A stretch of 63,123 nt of DNA, taken from contig CAZMSR010000006.1 of the NCBI GenBank assembly GCA_964569045.1, positions 1 through 63,123 of the forward strand, given 5' to 3'. The notes below the pieces were generated by a model. That model ran no database searches. It saw nothing but the letters and a program-made list of their open reading frames with translations, and was not told the DNA's origin. Origin of the DNA: an uncultured Gammaproteobacteria bacterium (lineage in GTDB: Bacteria; Patescibacteriota; Patescibacteriia; Patescibacteriales; BS150m-G62). Both the position numbers and the translations under genes were made by a program. Shown here one piece after another: positions 47,198 to 57,157 of the stretch (its first letter is position 1; every line of letters starts with the position of its first letter).

Positions 47198-49234
47198 ATG
47201 AAAATAAATAAATACATAAATAAGTTTGGATTTTTTAGTATTTTGTTGATTGTTTTTTTGGTGCCAATTTATTTTTCTTATTTTGTAAGAGGGTATGATT
47301 TTTATGTATTACCAAAACAGGGTCTGTTTCATTTGCTCGTAATGTTTGGTGTGATTAGTTTTTTAGTTAATGTTTTTGTTAAAAAAAAATTTAAATGTAA
47401 GACTAGTATTGTTTTAAAAAAATTTTTATTTATTTTATTTTGTTTGTGTTTATCGTTATTGATTTCTGTATTATTTTCAGATACTCCACAAAGTAGTTTT
47501 TGGGGTGTTTTTTTGCGTGAACAAGGTCTTTATTCTTATTTATATTATATTGTCTTTTTTTTATTGATAATTTGTGTTGTAAAAACCGCTTCACAAATAG
47601 AGTATGTATTATTAGTTGTGCCTTTTTCTTCGTTTTTAATTGGAATTTACGGTCTGTTTGAATATTATGGATTATTTGAAGGGCATTTTGATGGTAGAAT
47701 TGCTTCTACATTAGGGCAGCCTAATTATTTTGGGCATTATTTAATTATGACATTTCCCGTATTAGTGTACTTTTGGTTTTTTTTAAAAAGAGGTGTGGCT
47801 TGGAAGATTTTTCTTTTAATGGTTATGATTTTGCAATTTGCGAATTTAATTTTTACTTATAGTCGAGCAGCATGGTTAGGGTTTATTGTTGCTTTAGGTA
47901 TTTTTTTGGTAGTTTTATGCTTTTTAAAATTTTTTAGTTTAAATAAAAAAAATAATGTTTTAACAAATAACATTAAAATTAAAAGGAGGCCTTTACTAAT
48001 TATTTTTTCTATTATTTTTTTCGTTTTTATTTTCTTTTTTAATAATGATTTTTTTTACAATAGATTAGCTAGTTTTGCTGATTTTAGTTCAGGTTCTATT
48101 AAAAATAGGTTAATATATTGGAGTGCTTCTATTAATGAGTTAAGAGATATGGATGCTAAAAAAGTTCTATTTGGATATGGACCGGATGCAATGGGAAATG
48201 TTTTTGCAAAGCATTATAAAAAAGAAAATGCTATTTTTGAAAAAATAAACACCTATCCTAGTCGGGCTCATAATTTCATATTTGATTCACTGCTTCAATT
48301 TGGAATTGTTGGATCCTTAATGTTTTTTTTATTTTTTTATTATGTTTTAGAGGGCGCAATATTTAGTATTAAGAAATATTCACCTAACTCTAAAGAGCGT
48401 TGGTTGATTTATGCTTTATTGATAGCTATTTTTGCACATTTTATAAATAATTTATTTAGTTTTTCTTTGGTTGTTACTAGTATTTATACTTATTTATACT
48501 TAGCTTTGCTTTGTAGATTGTCTTATAGAGAAATAATAAATTGTAGTTTTAGTAATAATTGTGTGCGGTTTTTATTTTTTTATAGGTTTATTATTTGTTT
48601 GATTTTAATTTTTTTACTATGTATAGTTTATAATTACGATTATAAATTTTTAAAAGCTGATTATTTTCGTTTTCAAGCAGAAAAAGCGTTTTTAGTAAAT
48701 GATTGTGATCGTTTTGCAAAAAATATTAAGAAGTCTATTGCTTTAAATTTTTATAAACTTAGATATAAGCAGGATTTTTTAGAGTATGGATCAAGGTGTT
48801 TGCTAAAAATAGAAGAAGAAACGGCTAAACAAATTTTGGTAAATGATTTGATTGATATTATTACTCAGATAAAGTTGTTAAGCCCTGATTATAGATCTAC
48901 AATAAGTGTAGCTCATACGTATTCATATCTAGGACTTCAAGTAAATCCTGTTTATTTTAAATTAGCAGAATTAGAATATTTGGCAGCAATTAATTTTAAT
49001 CCGGAGTTGAGTTTGCCATATCGTAATTTAGCTCAAGTATTGGCTTGGCAAGGTAAATATAGAGAAGCTTTAAAGTATTTAGAGGTTGGTTTAAGTAATA
49101 TGCCAAATGTTCGTGACTCTCGTTTAGAGCTCCAAGTTCATAAAGAACATAAGGAAGAAGTAAGACAAGAATTGGATGCGTTTAGAGGTATAAAAAATTA
49201 TATTATGACTCGCTTTTCTTTTTTTGAGCGTTAA
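47198..49234 (+). CDS. O-antigen ligase (Wzy_C) family membrane protein with C-terminal TPR domain
   Basis: GRIASTLGQPNYFGHYL, TYSRAAWLGF and SRAHNFIFDSLLQFGIVG in a polytopic N-terminal part. The C-terminal ~200 aa are TPR-like (AELEYLAAINFNPELSLPYRNLAQVLAWQGKYREALKYLEVGL). Confidence 0.75.
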   Translation: MKINKYINKFGFFSILLIVFLVPIYFSYFVRGYDFYVLPKQGLFHLLVMFGVISFLVNVFVKKKFKCKTSIVLKKFLFILFCLCLSLLISVLFSDTPQSSFWGVFLREQGLYSYLYYIVFFLLIICVVKTASQIEYVLLVVPFSSFLIGIYGLFEYYGLFEGHFDGRIASTLGQPNYFGHYLIMTFPVLVYFWFFLKRGVAWKIFLLMVMILQFANLIFTYSRAAWLGFIVALGIFLVVLCFLKFFSLNKKNNVLTNNIKIKRRPLLIIFSIIFFVFIFFFNNDFFYNRLASFADFSSGSIKNRLIYWSASINELRDMDAKKVLFGYGPDAMGNVFAKHYKKENAIFEKINTYPSRAHNFIFDSLLQFGIVGSLMFFLFFYYVLEGAIFSIKKYSPNSKERWLIYALLIAIFAHFINNLFSFSLVVTSIYTYLYLALLCRLSYREIINCSFSNNCVRFLFFYRFIICLILIFLLCIVYNYDYKFLKADYFRFQAEKAFLVNDCDRFAKNIKKSIALNFYKLRYKQDFLEYGSRCLLKIEEETAKQILVNDLIDIITQIKLLSPDYRSTISVAHTYSYLGLQVNPVYFKLAELEYLAAINFNPELSLPYRNLAQVLAWQGKYREALKYLEVGLSNMPNVRDSRLELQVHKEHKEEVRQELDAFRGIKNYIMTRFSFFER

Positions 49235-49240
49235 TATTGC

Positions 49241-50353
49241 ATGATTAATCAAGATAGTATTAAAAGAAATAAAGAGATTATTTTTAATAGTATTTGTCTA
49301 TTATTAGTTTACAAAGTTGTGATTATTATTGCAGCTTTTTTTTATTTTTATTATACATTTCATTATATTGAATTTGACATTAAATTGTTATTAAATTTTT
49401 GGACACAATGGGATGCTAAGCATTATTTAGATATTGCGAAAAATGGATATGATATAACAAAGGCAAATATGGCATTTTATCCATTGTATCCATTATTAAT
49501 TTATATTTTTAGTCCTTATTTTGGTTTTGAATTGTCTGCACATATAATAAATTCATTAGTTCAATTTGGGTTAATTTTGGGTCTGTATAAGTTAGCTTTA
49601 TTAGATCTTGATAGATGCGCTGCCTGGCGTGCTTGTTTTTATTTGTTACTTTTCCCGGCAGCAATTTTTTTTAATTCAATATATACTGAATCACTTTTTT
49701 TATTTTTTGCTGTATGGATATTTTATTATGCAAGATTGCGTAAATGGAGCGAGTTTAGTGCATTTGGTTTTTTTATCGGACTAACAAGAATTGAGGGTTT
49801 AGCTGTTATGCTTTTTGTTCTATTTGAGTATATGCAAGGTATAAAATTTAAATTTAATTTAATTAAATTAGACATGCTATATGTTTTTTCACCTTTATTT
49901 GGATTGTTAAGTTATTTGGTGTATTTGAAGGTGAGACATGGTGATTATTTTTTATTTTTAACTTCGCAGAGTGCATGGGGTAAGGAGTTTACTTTGCCAT
50001 GGAGTTCTATTAATAGTTATTTAGAAGTATTTTTTAATTCAACAACGCAAGCTTTTTACATTTCAAGAGATATTGATTTATTTTTTTTCTTATTTGGTGT
50101 TTTTGTGAGTGTGTGTCTAATGTTTATGCTGAGATTTTCTTATGGAATTTATTCTTTGTTTACGATTTTAATGGTTAGTTTTACCGGTGATTTAGTTTCG
50201 AGTAATCGGAGATTTTTATTGTTGTTTCCGGCTTTTATTTTGTTTGCAAAATGGGGAGAGGATCGTTATGTGAATTTTTTTATAATTTTTATATTTCAAG
50301 CTTTTTTCTTTTTAAATATGTTTAGGTTTATACATGGTTTTTGGGTTGGTTAA
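49241..50353 (+). CDS. polytopic membrane protein, PIG-V/mannosyltransferase-2-like (GT-C-type)
   Basis: 370 aa with ~9 hydrophobic segments. The loop motif WDAKHYLDIAKNGY resembles the WD..hYL.IAe.GY motif of PIG-V-type mannosyltransferases. Confidence 0.5.
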   Translation: MINQDSIKRNKEIIFNSICLLLVYKVVIIIAAFFYFYYTFHYIEFDIKLLLNFWTQWDAKHYLDIAKNGYDITKANMAFYPLYPLLIYIFSPYFGFELSAHIINSLVQFGLILGLYKLALLDLDRCAAWRACFYLLLFPAAIFFNSIYTESLFLFFAVWIFYYARLRKWSEFSAFGFFIGLTRIEGLAVMLFVLFEYMQGIKFKFNLIKLDMLYVFSPLFGLLSYLVYLKVRHGDYFLFLTSQSAWGKEFTLPWSSINSYLEVFFNSTTQAFYISRDIDLFFFLFGVFVSVCLMFMLRFSYGIYSLFTILMVSFTGDLVSSNRRFLLLFPAFILFAKWGEDRYVNFFIIFIFQAFFFLNMFRFIHGFWVG

Positions 50354-52217
50354 AATTAATTTTATGTTTTATGAGAAAATTAAAAAAGTAAAGGGTTGGA
50401 TTTTTTCAAGCTCTTTGTTTATGCTTATTCTTTGCCCCGGTTTTTTAAATGCTGGCAAGGATGTGCTTATTTTAGAAGTGTTAAGCGTTTGTTTTGGTGC
50501 TTTAAGTATTTTTTATTTTTTTAAAGTTAAGACAAGTTTTTTTCATAACAGATCTATAGATTTGCCTATTTTATTATTTTTGGGGTTGTTTTTGGTATTT
50601 GGTTTTTTTGGGATTGTTTTTTCTAAATCGTTATTTGTTAGCTTAGAGGCATGGTTCTTGTATTTAATGTATTTTTTAGTATTTATTATTGGCTCTAAAA
50701 TATTATTAACTCGTAAAATATTTAAACAGTATTTATTTTTGTGCGTATTAGCTTCGTTGGTTTTGTCTGTTGTCGGGCTAATGATATATATGACCGGTTC
50801 TTATAATCGTTTAACATCTGTTTTTTATTGGCCAAATCCGTTTGCTACATATTTATTAATGATGCTTCCTTTTATATTTTATTTATTAAAATGTGGAGAG
50901 TTGAAACAGAAGTATGTGGTTTTTATTAGTGCTCCTTTGATTTTTGCCGCCTTTTTGTTAACAGGTTCTAGAGCGGCTTATATTACTTTTATTTTTTTAA
51001 GTCTTTTTTTATTGTTTAGAGATTTTAAATATGTGCGAAAAAAATATAAAGTATTTATTTTAGTTTTTCTTTTGGTATTTAGTGTGGTTTTTTTAACAGG
51101 AAAAATTAAAAAAAATGATGATACTTTTTTAAGTAGAGAAATAAATAATAATGAAATTTTAGATGTATCTTCAAACATGCGTTTGAGTTACTATGATGCC
51201 GGATTAACTATTGTATATGATTATTTATTTTTTGGAGTTGGATTAGGAACTTTTAGTCATTTGTATCCCATATATCAAGAAAGTCCAATCACTGCAACTA
51301 AATATATACATAATTGGTATTTAGAGATTTTACTTGAAATGGGGGTCTTTGTATTTTTAACCTTTTTATTATTTTTTTTATTTGTATTTAAAAAGATTGC
51401 GTCTTATTTTTACAGTGATGGGGTTGTTGTGTTGTTTTTGTCGATTAGTGCTTATCTGATGCATAATTTTGTTGATATTGGTTCGCATTATTTGGCTAAT
51501 AATGTAGTTTTTTGGTTTAATTTAGGACTTTTAGTTAATGTGTTTAGTAAATTTGACTCTAAAAGAAAGGTTTTGGTTAATAAAGAAAGTATATTTTTTA
51601 AATATTTATTTTTATTTATTGGAATTTTAATTTTTATAAAAGGATTTATTGGATTGCACTCCGCAAGTAATTATAATTTAGGCAAAAAGGCACAATTTTA
51701 TGGAGATTATATAAAAGCAAATGAATATTTTGAAAAATCTGTTTTAATATATCCATATATTGAAAAGGTAAGAGATTTAGGTATTAATTATTTAATTCTT
51801 GCTTCTTTAGAAAGCGATGTTTTAGTAAGAAATTTTTATTATTCAAGGCTTCAAGAGATAACAAGTTTTTTAGTTAGACATGAAGGGTTGAACGCATTAA
51901 ATTATGAGTTAAAAGGAAAATTTTATGAAAGCATGAATAATTTTAAAAAAGGGGAGAAAGCTTATACAAAAGCCGTAAATTTAAATAAATTTAGTCCAAG
52001 ACATACAATAAATTTAGCTAGTATTTTAATTTTAAGAGAAGAGCACAAGAGAGCTATTGAGTTAATAGATAATTTTTTTATTCATTATCCGGAAGATGTA
52101 ATTGAAAGAAAAAGAATAAAAATTTTGCCTAATCAAAAAATAACATCCGGCATTAAAGAGCAGATTAATTTACTTCGTTACTTACAAAAATTATCGCTAA
52201 ACTTGCTTTACCAATAA
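50334..52217 (+). CDS. O-antigen ligase (Wzy_C) family membrane protein with C-terminal TPR domain (second copy)
   Basis: NRLTSVFYWPNPFATYLL, TGSRAAYITF, YIHNWYLEILLEMGVFVF. The C-terminus is TPR-like (GDYIKANEYFEKSVLIYP; KGEKAYTKAVNLNKFSPRH). An alternative start at ATG 50364 is possible. Confidence 0.75.
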   Translation: MVFGLVKINFMFYEKIKKVKGWIFSSSLFMLILCPGFLNAGKDVLILEVLSVCFGALSIFYFFKVKTSFFHNRSIDLPILLFLGLFLVFGFFGIVFSKSLFVSLEAWFLYLMYFLVFIIGSKILLTRKIFKQYLFLCVLASLVLSVVGLMIYMTGSYNRLTSVFYWPNPFATYLLMMLPFIFYLLKCGELKQKYVVFISAPLIFAAFLLTGSRAAYITFIFLSLFLLFRDFKYVRKKYKVFILVFLLVFSVVFLTGKIKKNDDTFLSREINNNEILDVSSNMRLSYYDAGLTIVYDYLFFGVGLGTFSHLYPIYQESPITATKYIHNWYLEILLEMGVFVFLTFLLFFLFVFKKIASYFYSDGVVVLFLSISAYLMHNFVDIGSHYLANNVVFWFNLGLLVNVFSKFDSKRKVLVNKESIFFKYLFLFIGILIFIKGFIGLHSASNYNLGKKAQFYGDYIKANEYFEKSVLIYPYIEKVRDLGINYLILASLESDVLVRNFYYSRLQEITSFLVRHEGLNALNYELKGKFYESMNNFKKGEKAYTKAVNLNKFSPRHTINLASILILREEHKRAIELIDNFFIHYPEDVIERKRIKILPNQKITSGIKEQINLLRYLQKLSLNLLYQ

Positions 52218-52285
52218 ATTGTTACTACTAATCTCACATTTGTTCAAAAATAAAATCAGGCTCAGTAATATTTTTTTATAAAAAA

Positions 52286-53917
52286 ATGAAAAAATTAATT
52301 AGAAATTTATTTAATAAAGAAGGTTTTTTAGTATTTTTAATATTGGCGTTGATTATTGTTGTTAGAGTAGTGTATTTGTTAAATTGGAAATCTTTTTTAG
52401 ATGGTGATGAATCTTTGGTCGGGGTTATGGCAAAGCATATTACTGAAGGAAAAAGCAGCCCAATTTATTATTATGGGCAATCGTATATGGGAACATTAGA
52501 GCAGTATGGCGCGGCAATGTTGTTTGTTGTTTTTGGAGCAAGTCCTTTTGTATTAAAATTGGTTCCTTTATTATATTATAGTTTATCTTTGTGGTTAGTG
52601 AGTCTAATAATTCAAAAGTATTACAAAAAAGCGGGTTCAGTTTATTACCTTTTTTTTAGTGTATTTCCTTCATTGTTTGTAATTGTTTGGAGTACAAAAG
52701 CCAGGGGTGCATATTCTGAAATGGTATTTTTATGTATCTTATTTCTTTATTTCTTATTTAAATTTCAGGAAAAACCTAAGCTTAGTTACTTATATTTTTT
52801 ATCGATTATTTTTGGTTTTAGTGTTTATCTTAATTTACTTTGTCTGCCATTTTATATTGTTATATTGATATTGCACTCGCTTGATGCTCGTAAAGCTCAA
52901 AGTGTGTATTCTTTAGTTGATAGAATAAAGTTATTTTGTATTTCGGTAGTGTCTTTTTTAATTGGATATCTTCCAGCCATAGTATATATATTTAATAACC
53001 CGGGAAAAGATTATATGCATTTTGATTTTCCGGAGATTGGTCAAATATTTGATAATATTATAATTTTATTCTCTGAGCTAATCCCATTAATTTTAGGAAG
53101 ATATTTAAATAATTTTGATCAGTTGTCAATATTTGTAATTGCAGAATTAATTCTATTTAGTCTGTCTTTATTTGCTATCATTACTATTTTACTCGAGTAT
53201 AGAAAGTGTTTTTATGGTTTGCTTTTTTTTAAAAAAAGTAAATATCCAAAAATATTTTATTTAATTGTTATTTTTTTTGTTTATGTGGTGGTTTTGGTGT
53301 TTTCTCCTTTTGAGCTACATATGCCAAATCCTCAGATTGTGTTACAAAATAGTCATAATTTTACTGAATTAGTAAATGAATTGCCATTTTATCTTCCATT
53401 GGTTCGATACATGATATTTGGAATAATTATTATTCCGTTAATGCTTTTTATAGCCTTTAATGTCATAAAAGAAAAAAGTAATAAATTGGCCAGTGTTTAT
53501 ATTTGGTTTGTATTTTGTTCCGGGTTAGTAATTTCCTCTCAAACTATTTTTATAAATGATAATCAAGAGCTTTCTTATACTTACAAAGCTTTTTTAGTGC
53601 GAAAAGATTATTCAGAGTTAATTTTATTTTTAAATCAACATAATCTTTATTATGGGTTTGCAGATTATTATGATCAATGGAATATTAATTTTATATCAGG
53701 TGAGAGAATCCGGTTAGCTACTAGATCCTTGCCAAATTATGCCGGAGTTGATAATAGATATAACGATTATTTAGAGTTAGCAAATAGACACTCTCATAGA
53801 TTAGTAAATATCTATTATGATACTCAAGTGAGCAGTATACAAGAAGTTAGAAAAGAATATAATAAGGCCAGAAATAGTAATATTAAAATAATCAATGATT
53901 TTGTTGTAATTTATTAG
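52286..53917 (+). CDS. GT-C-fold membrane glycosyltransferase (ArnT/PMT-like)
   Basis: 543 aa, polytopic. The acidic motif FLDGDESLVGVMAKHI lies right after TM1. The C-terminal soluble domain YGFADYYDQWNINF is shared with the next gene. Confidence 0.6.
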   Translation: MKKLIRNLFNKEGFLVFLILALIIVVRVVYLLNWKSFLDGDESLVGVMAKHITEGKSSPIYYYGQSYMGTLEQYGAAMLFVVFGASPFVLKLVPLLYYSLSLWLVSLIIQKYYKKAGSVYYLFFSVFPSLFVIVWSTKARGAYSEMVFLCILFLYFLFKFQEKPKLSYLYFLSIIFGFSVYLNLLCLPFYIVILILHSLDARKAQSVYSLVDRIKLFCISVVSFLIGYLPAIVYIFNNPGKDYMHFDFPEIGQIFDNIIILFSELIPLILGRYLNNFDQLSIFVIAELILFSLSLFAIITILLEYRKCFYGLLFFKKSKYPKIFYLIVIFFVYVVVLVFSPFELHMPNPQIVLQNSHNFTELVNELPFYLPLVRYMIFGIIIIPLMLFIAFNVIKEKSNKLASVYIWFVFCSGLVISSQTIFINDNQELSYTYKAFLVRKDYSELILFLNQHNLYYGFADYYDQWNINFISGERIRLATRSLPNYAGVDNRYNDYLELANRHSHRLVNIYYDTQVSSIQEVRKEYNKARNSNIKIINDFVVIY

Positions 53918-53921
53918 TTTT

Positions 53922-55463
53922 ATGTTTTTTTATAAAAAAAGTATTTTTATTACCATATTTCTAATGTTTTGTATTTGTCTTACAAGGTTTGTGTTTCTTG
54001 ATAAGGCAGAATTATTTATTGACTCAGATGAGTCTTTAATTGGTGTGATGGGAAAACATATTTTAGATGGTAAACCGGTGCCTATTTTTTCTTATGGACA
54101 AGCATACAAAGGTACGTTTGAGTCAATAACCCATACTTTGTTTTTTAAGGTTTTTGGAATATCGTCATTTATTTTAAAGTTAGTGCCGTTTTTTTATTTA
54201 TTATTGTCAATATTATTGATTTGCGTTATTTTAAATAAATTTACTAAATTAAATTACAATAATTATTTGACACTGCTAATTTTTGTGCCTTTGTTTTCAT
54301 TAGTTATTTGTTTAAAAGCTGGGTATGGCATGGAAGTTGTGTTTTTTTGTTTTTTATTCTTACTGTTATTTTTTGAATTTAAACGAGAAAAAAACATAAA
54401 TTATTTATATTTAATGGCATTTATTGTTGGTTTTACTTTATATCTTCAAGCAATGTCGTTACCCTTTTTTCTTGTTGTTATGTATGTAGGTATTTTGGAT
54501 CAAAAACCAGGAAATAAGATTTTGAGAATTTCGTTTAAACACGTAATTATTGTTATCAGCTCTCTTGTTATAGGTTTTTCACCGGCTATTTATTTTAAAA
54601 TAATTTTTGGCTTTAATTATGATGTTAATTTAAAGCTAGATTTAGTTAATAATTTACTACATAACTTTAATTTAGTGATAAATAAAATTATTCCTGCTTT
54701 TTTTGGCGGATATGATTTTGAATGGGGTAGTTATAGTATTTTTTCTTTATCTGAGATTGTTTTGGTTTTTGTGGGTGTATTTGCTTTTTTGTATGCAATT
54801 TTTATAAAAAAAAAGGAGTTGTTTGATTTAATTTTTTTTAAAAAAAGAGACTTTAGTGCTGAAATTTATTTTTTAACTATTTTTATTGCTTATATAGTAA
54901 TTTTATTTGTGTCACCTTATGTTCGTGATATTTATAGCTTACGTTATTTGCTGACTATTGTTTTAATATATCCAATATTAATAATTATTGCAGAGAGAAA
55001 TTTGAGATGTATTTCAGTTTTGCTTTCTCAAGTATTTATTATTTTTTTTGTTTGTGGTTCGTTTATGTTAATGATGCAAATTTTTTTTATAAATAAAAAT
55101 ACAAACACTAAATTGTTTAGAGTTTTTTTTAATTCTTTTGAGTATAATGAGGTGATAGAATTTTTAATAGAGAATGATTATAAGTATGGGTTTGCAGATT
55201 ATTGGGATCAGTGGAATATTAATTTTTTATCTGAGGAAAAGATATCTTTAGCTGCATTTGAACCAGGAGATTATTGGCGTAACAGATATATACCATATTA
55301 TCATTCTGCAATAAACAGTCCTGATCCTGTTTATATATATAGACATCCGATTAAAAAAGAAAATTTTAACGTAATTTTGAGTTCTTTGCCTAGCGACTAT
55401 GAGTATATAATGATTAATAATTTTGTTGTATTTTATAAAGCTAGAGATTTTAAAAAGAGTTGA
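53922..55463 (+). CDS. GT-C-fold membrane glycosyltransferase, tandem paralog of 52286..53917
   Basis: FIDSDESLIGVMGKHIL after TM1, collinear TM pattern, C-terminal YGFADYWDQWNINF. Confidence 0.6.
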   Translation: MFFYKKSIFITIFLMFCICLTRFVFLDKAELFIDSDESLIGVMGKHILDGKPVPIFSYGQAYKGTFESITHTLFFKVFGISSFILKLVPFFYLLLSILLICVILNKFTKLNYNNYLTLLIFVPLFSLVICLKAGYGMEVVFFCFLFLLLFFEFKREKNINYLYLMAFIVGFTLYLQAMSLPFFLVVMYVGILDQKPGNKILRISFKHVIIVISSLVIGFSPAIYFKIIFGFNYDVNLKLDLVNNLLHNFNLVINKIIPAFFGGYDFEWGSYSIFSLSEIVLVFVGVFAFLYAIFIKKKELFDLIFFKKRDFSAEIYFLTIFIAYIVILFVSPYVRDIYSLRYLLTIVLIYPILIIIAERNLRCISVLLSQVFIIFFVCGSFMLMMQIFFINKNTNTKLFRVFFNSFEYNEVIEFLIENDYKYGFADYWDQWNINFLSEEKISLAAFEPGDYWRNRYIPYYHSAINSPDPVYIYRHPIKKENFNVILSSLPSDYEYIMINNFVVFYKARDFKKS

Positions 55464-55464
55464 T

Positions 55465-57027
55465 ATGAAAAAAGTATTTTATTTTCTAAATGTAAAATTT
55501 TTAGTATATGTTTTTTTTATTGCATATTTTATTATTGGGATTTTTTTGACACCTCATTATGGGTTATCATGGGACGAAGAAGTACAGCGTAAGAAAATCG
55601 GTGAAAACAATTATGAGTATATAATCGGAAATATTTCAGAATTGGATGAGTTTCATAGGTATTATGGACCAGTTTTTGAAATATTTTTAATTTTACCTGA
55701 AAAGTTGTTTAATATTGTTGATTCGCAAAAAATATATATATTAAGGCATTTTTTTACTTTTTTTGTTTTTTATATTGGGGTTGTTTTCTTTTTTTTAATA
55801 AATAAAAAGATTTTTAAGAGTGAAATTTATGCATTAATTGCTGTTTTAATGCTTGTATTGCATCCACGAATTTTCGGTCATTCTTTTTTTAATTCAAAAG
55901 ATATCCCTTTTTTGTCTTGTTTTATAATTAGTGTTTATAGTTTAAGGTTATTTTTAGAAAATAAAAATTATAAAACTGTTTTTTTGCATGCATTTGCATC
56001 GACTGTTTTAATCGGTATACGAGTTTTAGGGGTTATTATTCCTTTTTTAACTTTTGCTTTTTTAATTTTTGAATTGCTAATGATGAATAAATATTGTCTA
56101 ATGCAAAAAATATGTAAAAAATTTTGGATGTTATATTTTTTATTAGTTGGTGGGCTGGTTACTTTATTTTGGCCGCATCTTTGGAATAGCCCTGTTAGCG
56201 GCATTATTGATGCTTTTCAATTTATGAGTAATTTTAACTATTATTTGGATGTTTTGTATCTTGGTAATTATATTAGAGCAGATAATTTACCATGGCATTA
56301 TGTTCTTATTTGGATTTTTATATCAACTCCTATTGTATATCTGGTATTTTTTGTTTTTGGAATAATAACTATTTTTAAAAAAATATGCAATAATAAAGTT
56401 AGCTGTTTTAATTTAAATAAAATTGATTTTTTGTTAATTATTGTTTGGTTTTTTGTGCCAATTATTTTAGTTTTAGTTTTAGGGTCAGTAATTTATGATG
56501 ATTGGAGGCATTTATATTTTGTTTATCCGGCATTCTGTGTTATTGCAACACTGGGGGTTTGGCAAATTGTTAATAATTTAAAAATAAAGAATTTTAAACT
56601 TGGGTTGGTAGGTGTATTATTTGTTTTTTTGAATTTCACATTTGTAATTCGCGAGATTTATAAATTCCATCCTAATGAAAATGTTTATTTTAACAGTATT
56701 GCAAAATTATTTGAAGGTAATTTAAGATATTATTTTGATATTGATTATTGGGGTTTGTCTTATAGGCAAGCGCTTGAATATATTCTTTTAAATGATTCAT
56801 CTAAAATTATTAACATTTATGTGCTAAATTTTCCAGGTGAGCTTAATAGAAAAATTCTTATCAAAAATTCTAGACAAAGAATAAAATATGTAAAAAATAT
56901 TAGTGAAGCTGACTATTTTATTAATGATTATAGGTTTTATAAAGATGAGTTTGCACCGGGAAGTACTTTTTATTCTCTATCTATTGATAATATTAGTATA
57001 ATAGATGTATTTAAGTTAAAGATGTAG
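55465..57027 (+). CDS. GT-C-fold membrane glycosyltransferase (GT39/ArnT-like)
   Basis: HYGLSWDEEVQRK after TM1, ~11 hydrophobic segments, C-terminal soluble domain. The start is taken at ATG 55465 because the track start 55423 is TTG inside the previous gene. Confidence 0.65.
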   Translation: MKKVFYFLNVKFLVYVFFIAYFIIGIFLTPHYGLSWDEEVQRKKIGENNYEYIIGNISELDEFHRYYGPVFEIFLILPEKLFNIVDSQKIYILRHFFTFFVFYIGVVFFFLINKKIFKSEIYALIAVLMLVLHPRIFGHSFFNSKDIPFLSCFIISVYSLRLFLENKNYKTVFLHAFASTVLIGIRVLGVIIPFLTFAFLIFELLMMNKYCLMQKICKKFWMLYFLLVGGLVTLFWPHLWNSPVSGIIDAFQFMSNFNYYLDVLYLGNYIRADNLPWHYVLIWIFISTPIVYLVFFVFGIITIFKKICNNKVSCFNLNKIDFLLIIVWFFVPIILVLVLGSVIYDDWRHLYFVYPAFCVIATLGVWQIVNNLKIKNFKLGLVGVLFVFLNFTFVIREIYKFHPNENVYFNSIAKLFEGNLRYYFDIDYWGLSYRQALEYILLNDSSKIINIYVLNFPGELNRKILIKNSRQRIKYVKNISEADYFINDYRFYKDEFAPGSTFYSLSIDNISIIDVFKLKM

Positions 57028-57157
57028 TATTTATTCACTGTTTAAAACTACTTGTTTCAAAGTTTTTATAAAATATTAAAAATTATATATTTTTAATATT
57101 TGATTGTAATTTTTTGAAAAAATAGTTTTTATCGGTGACTTGTTATTAGGTGTAGTT

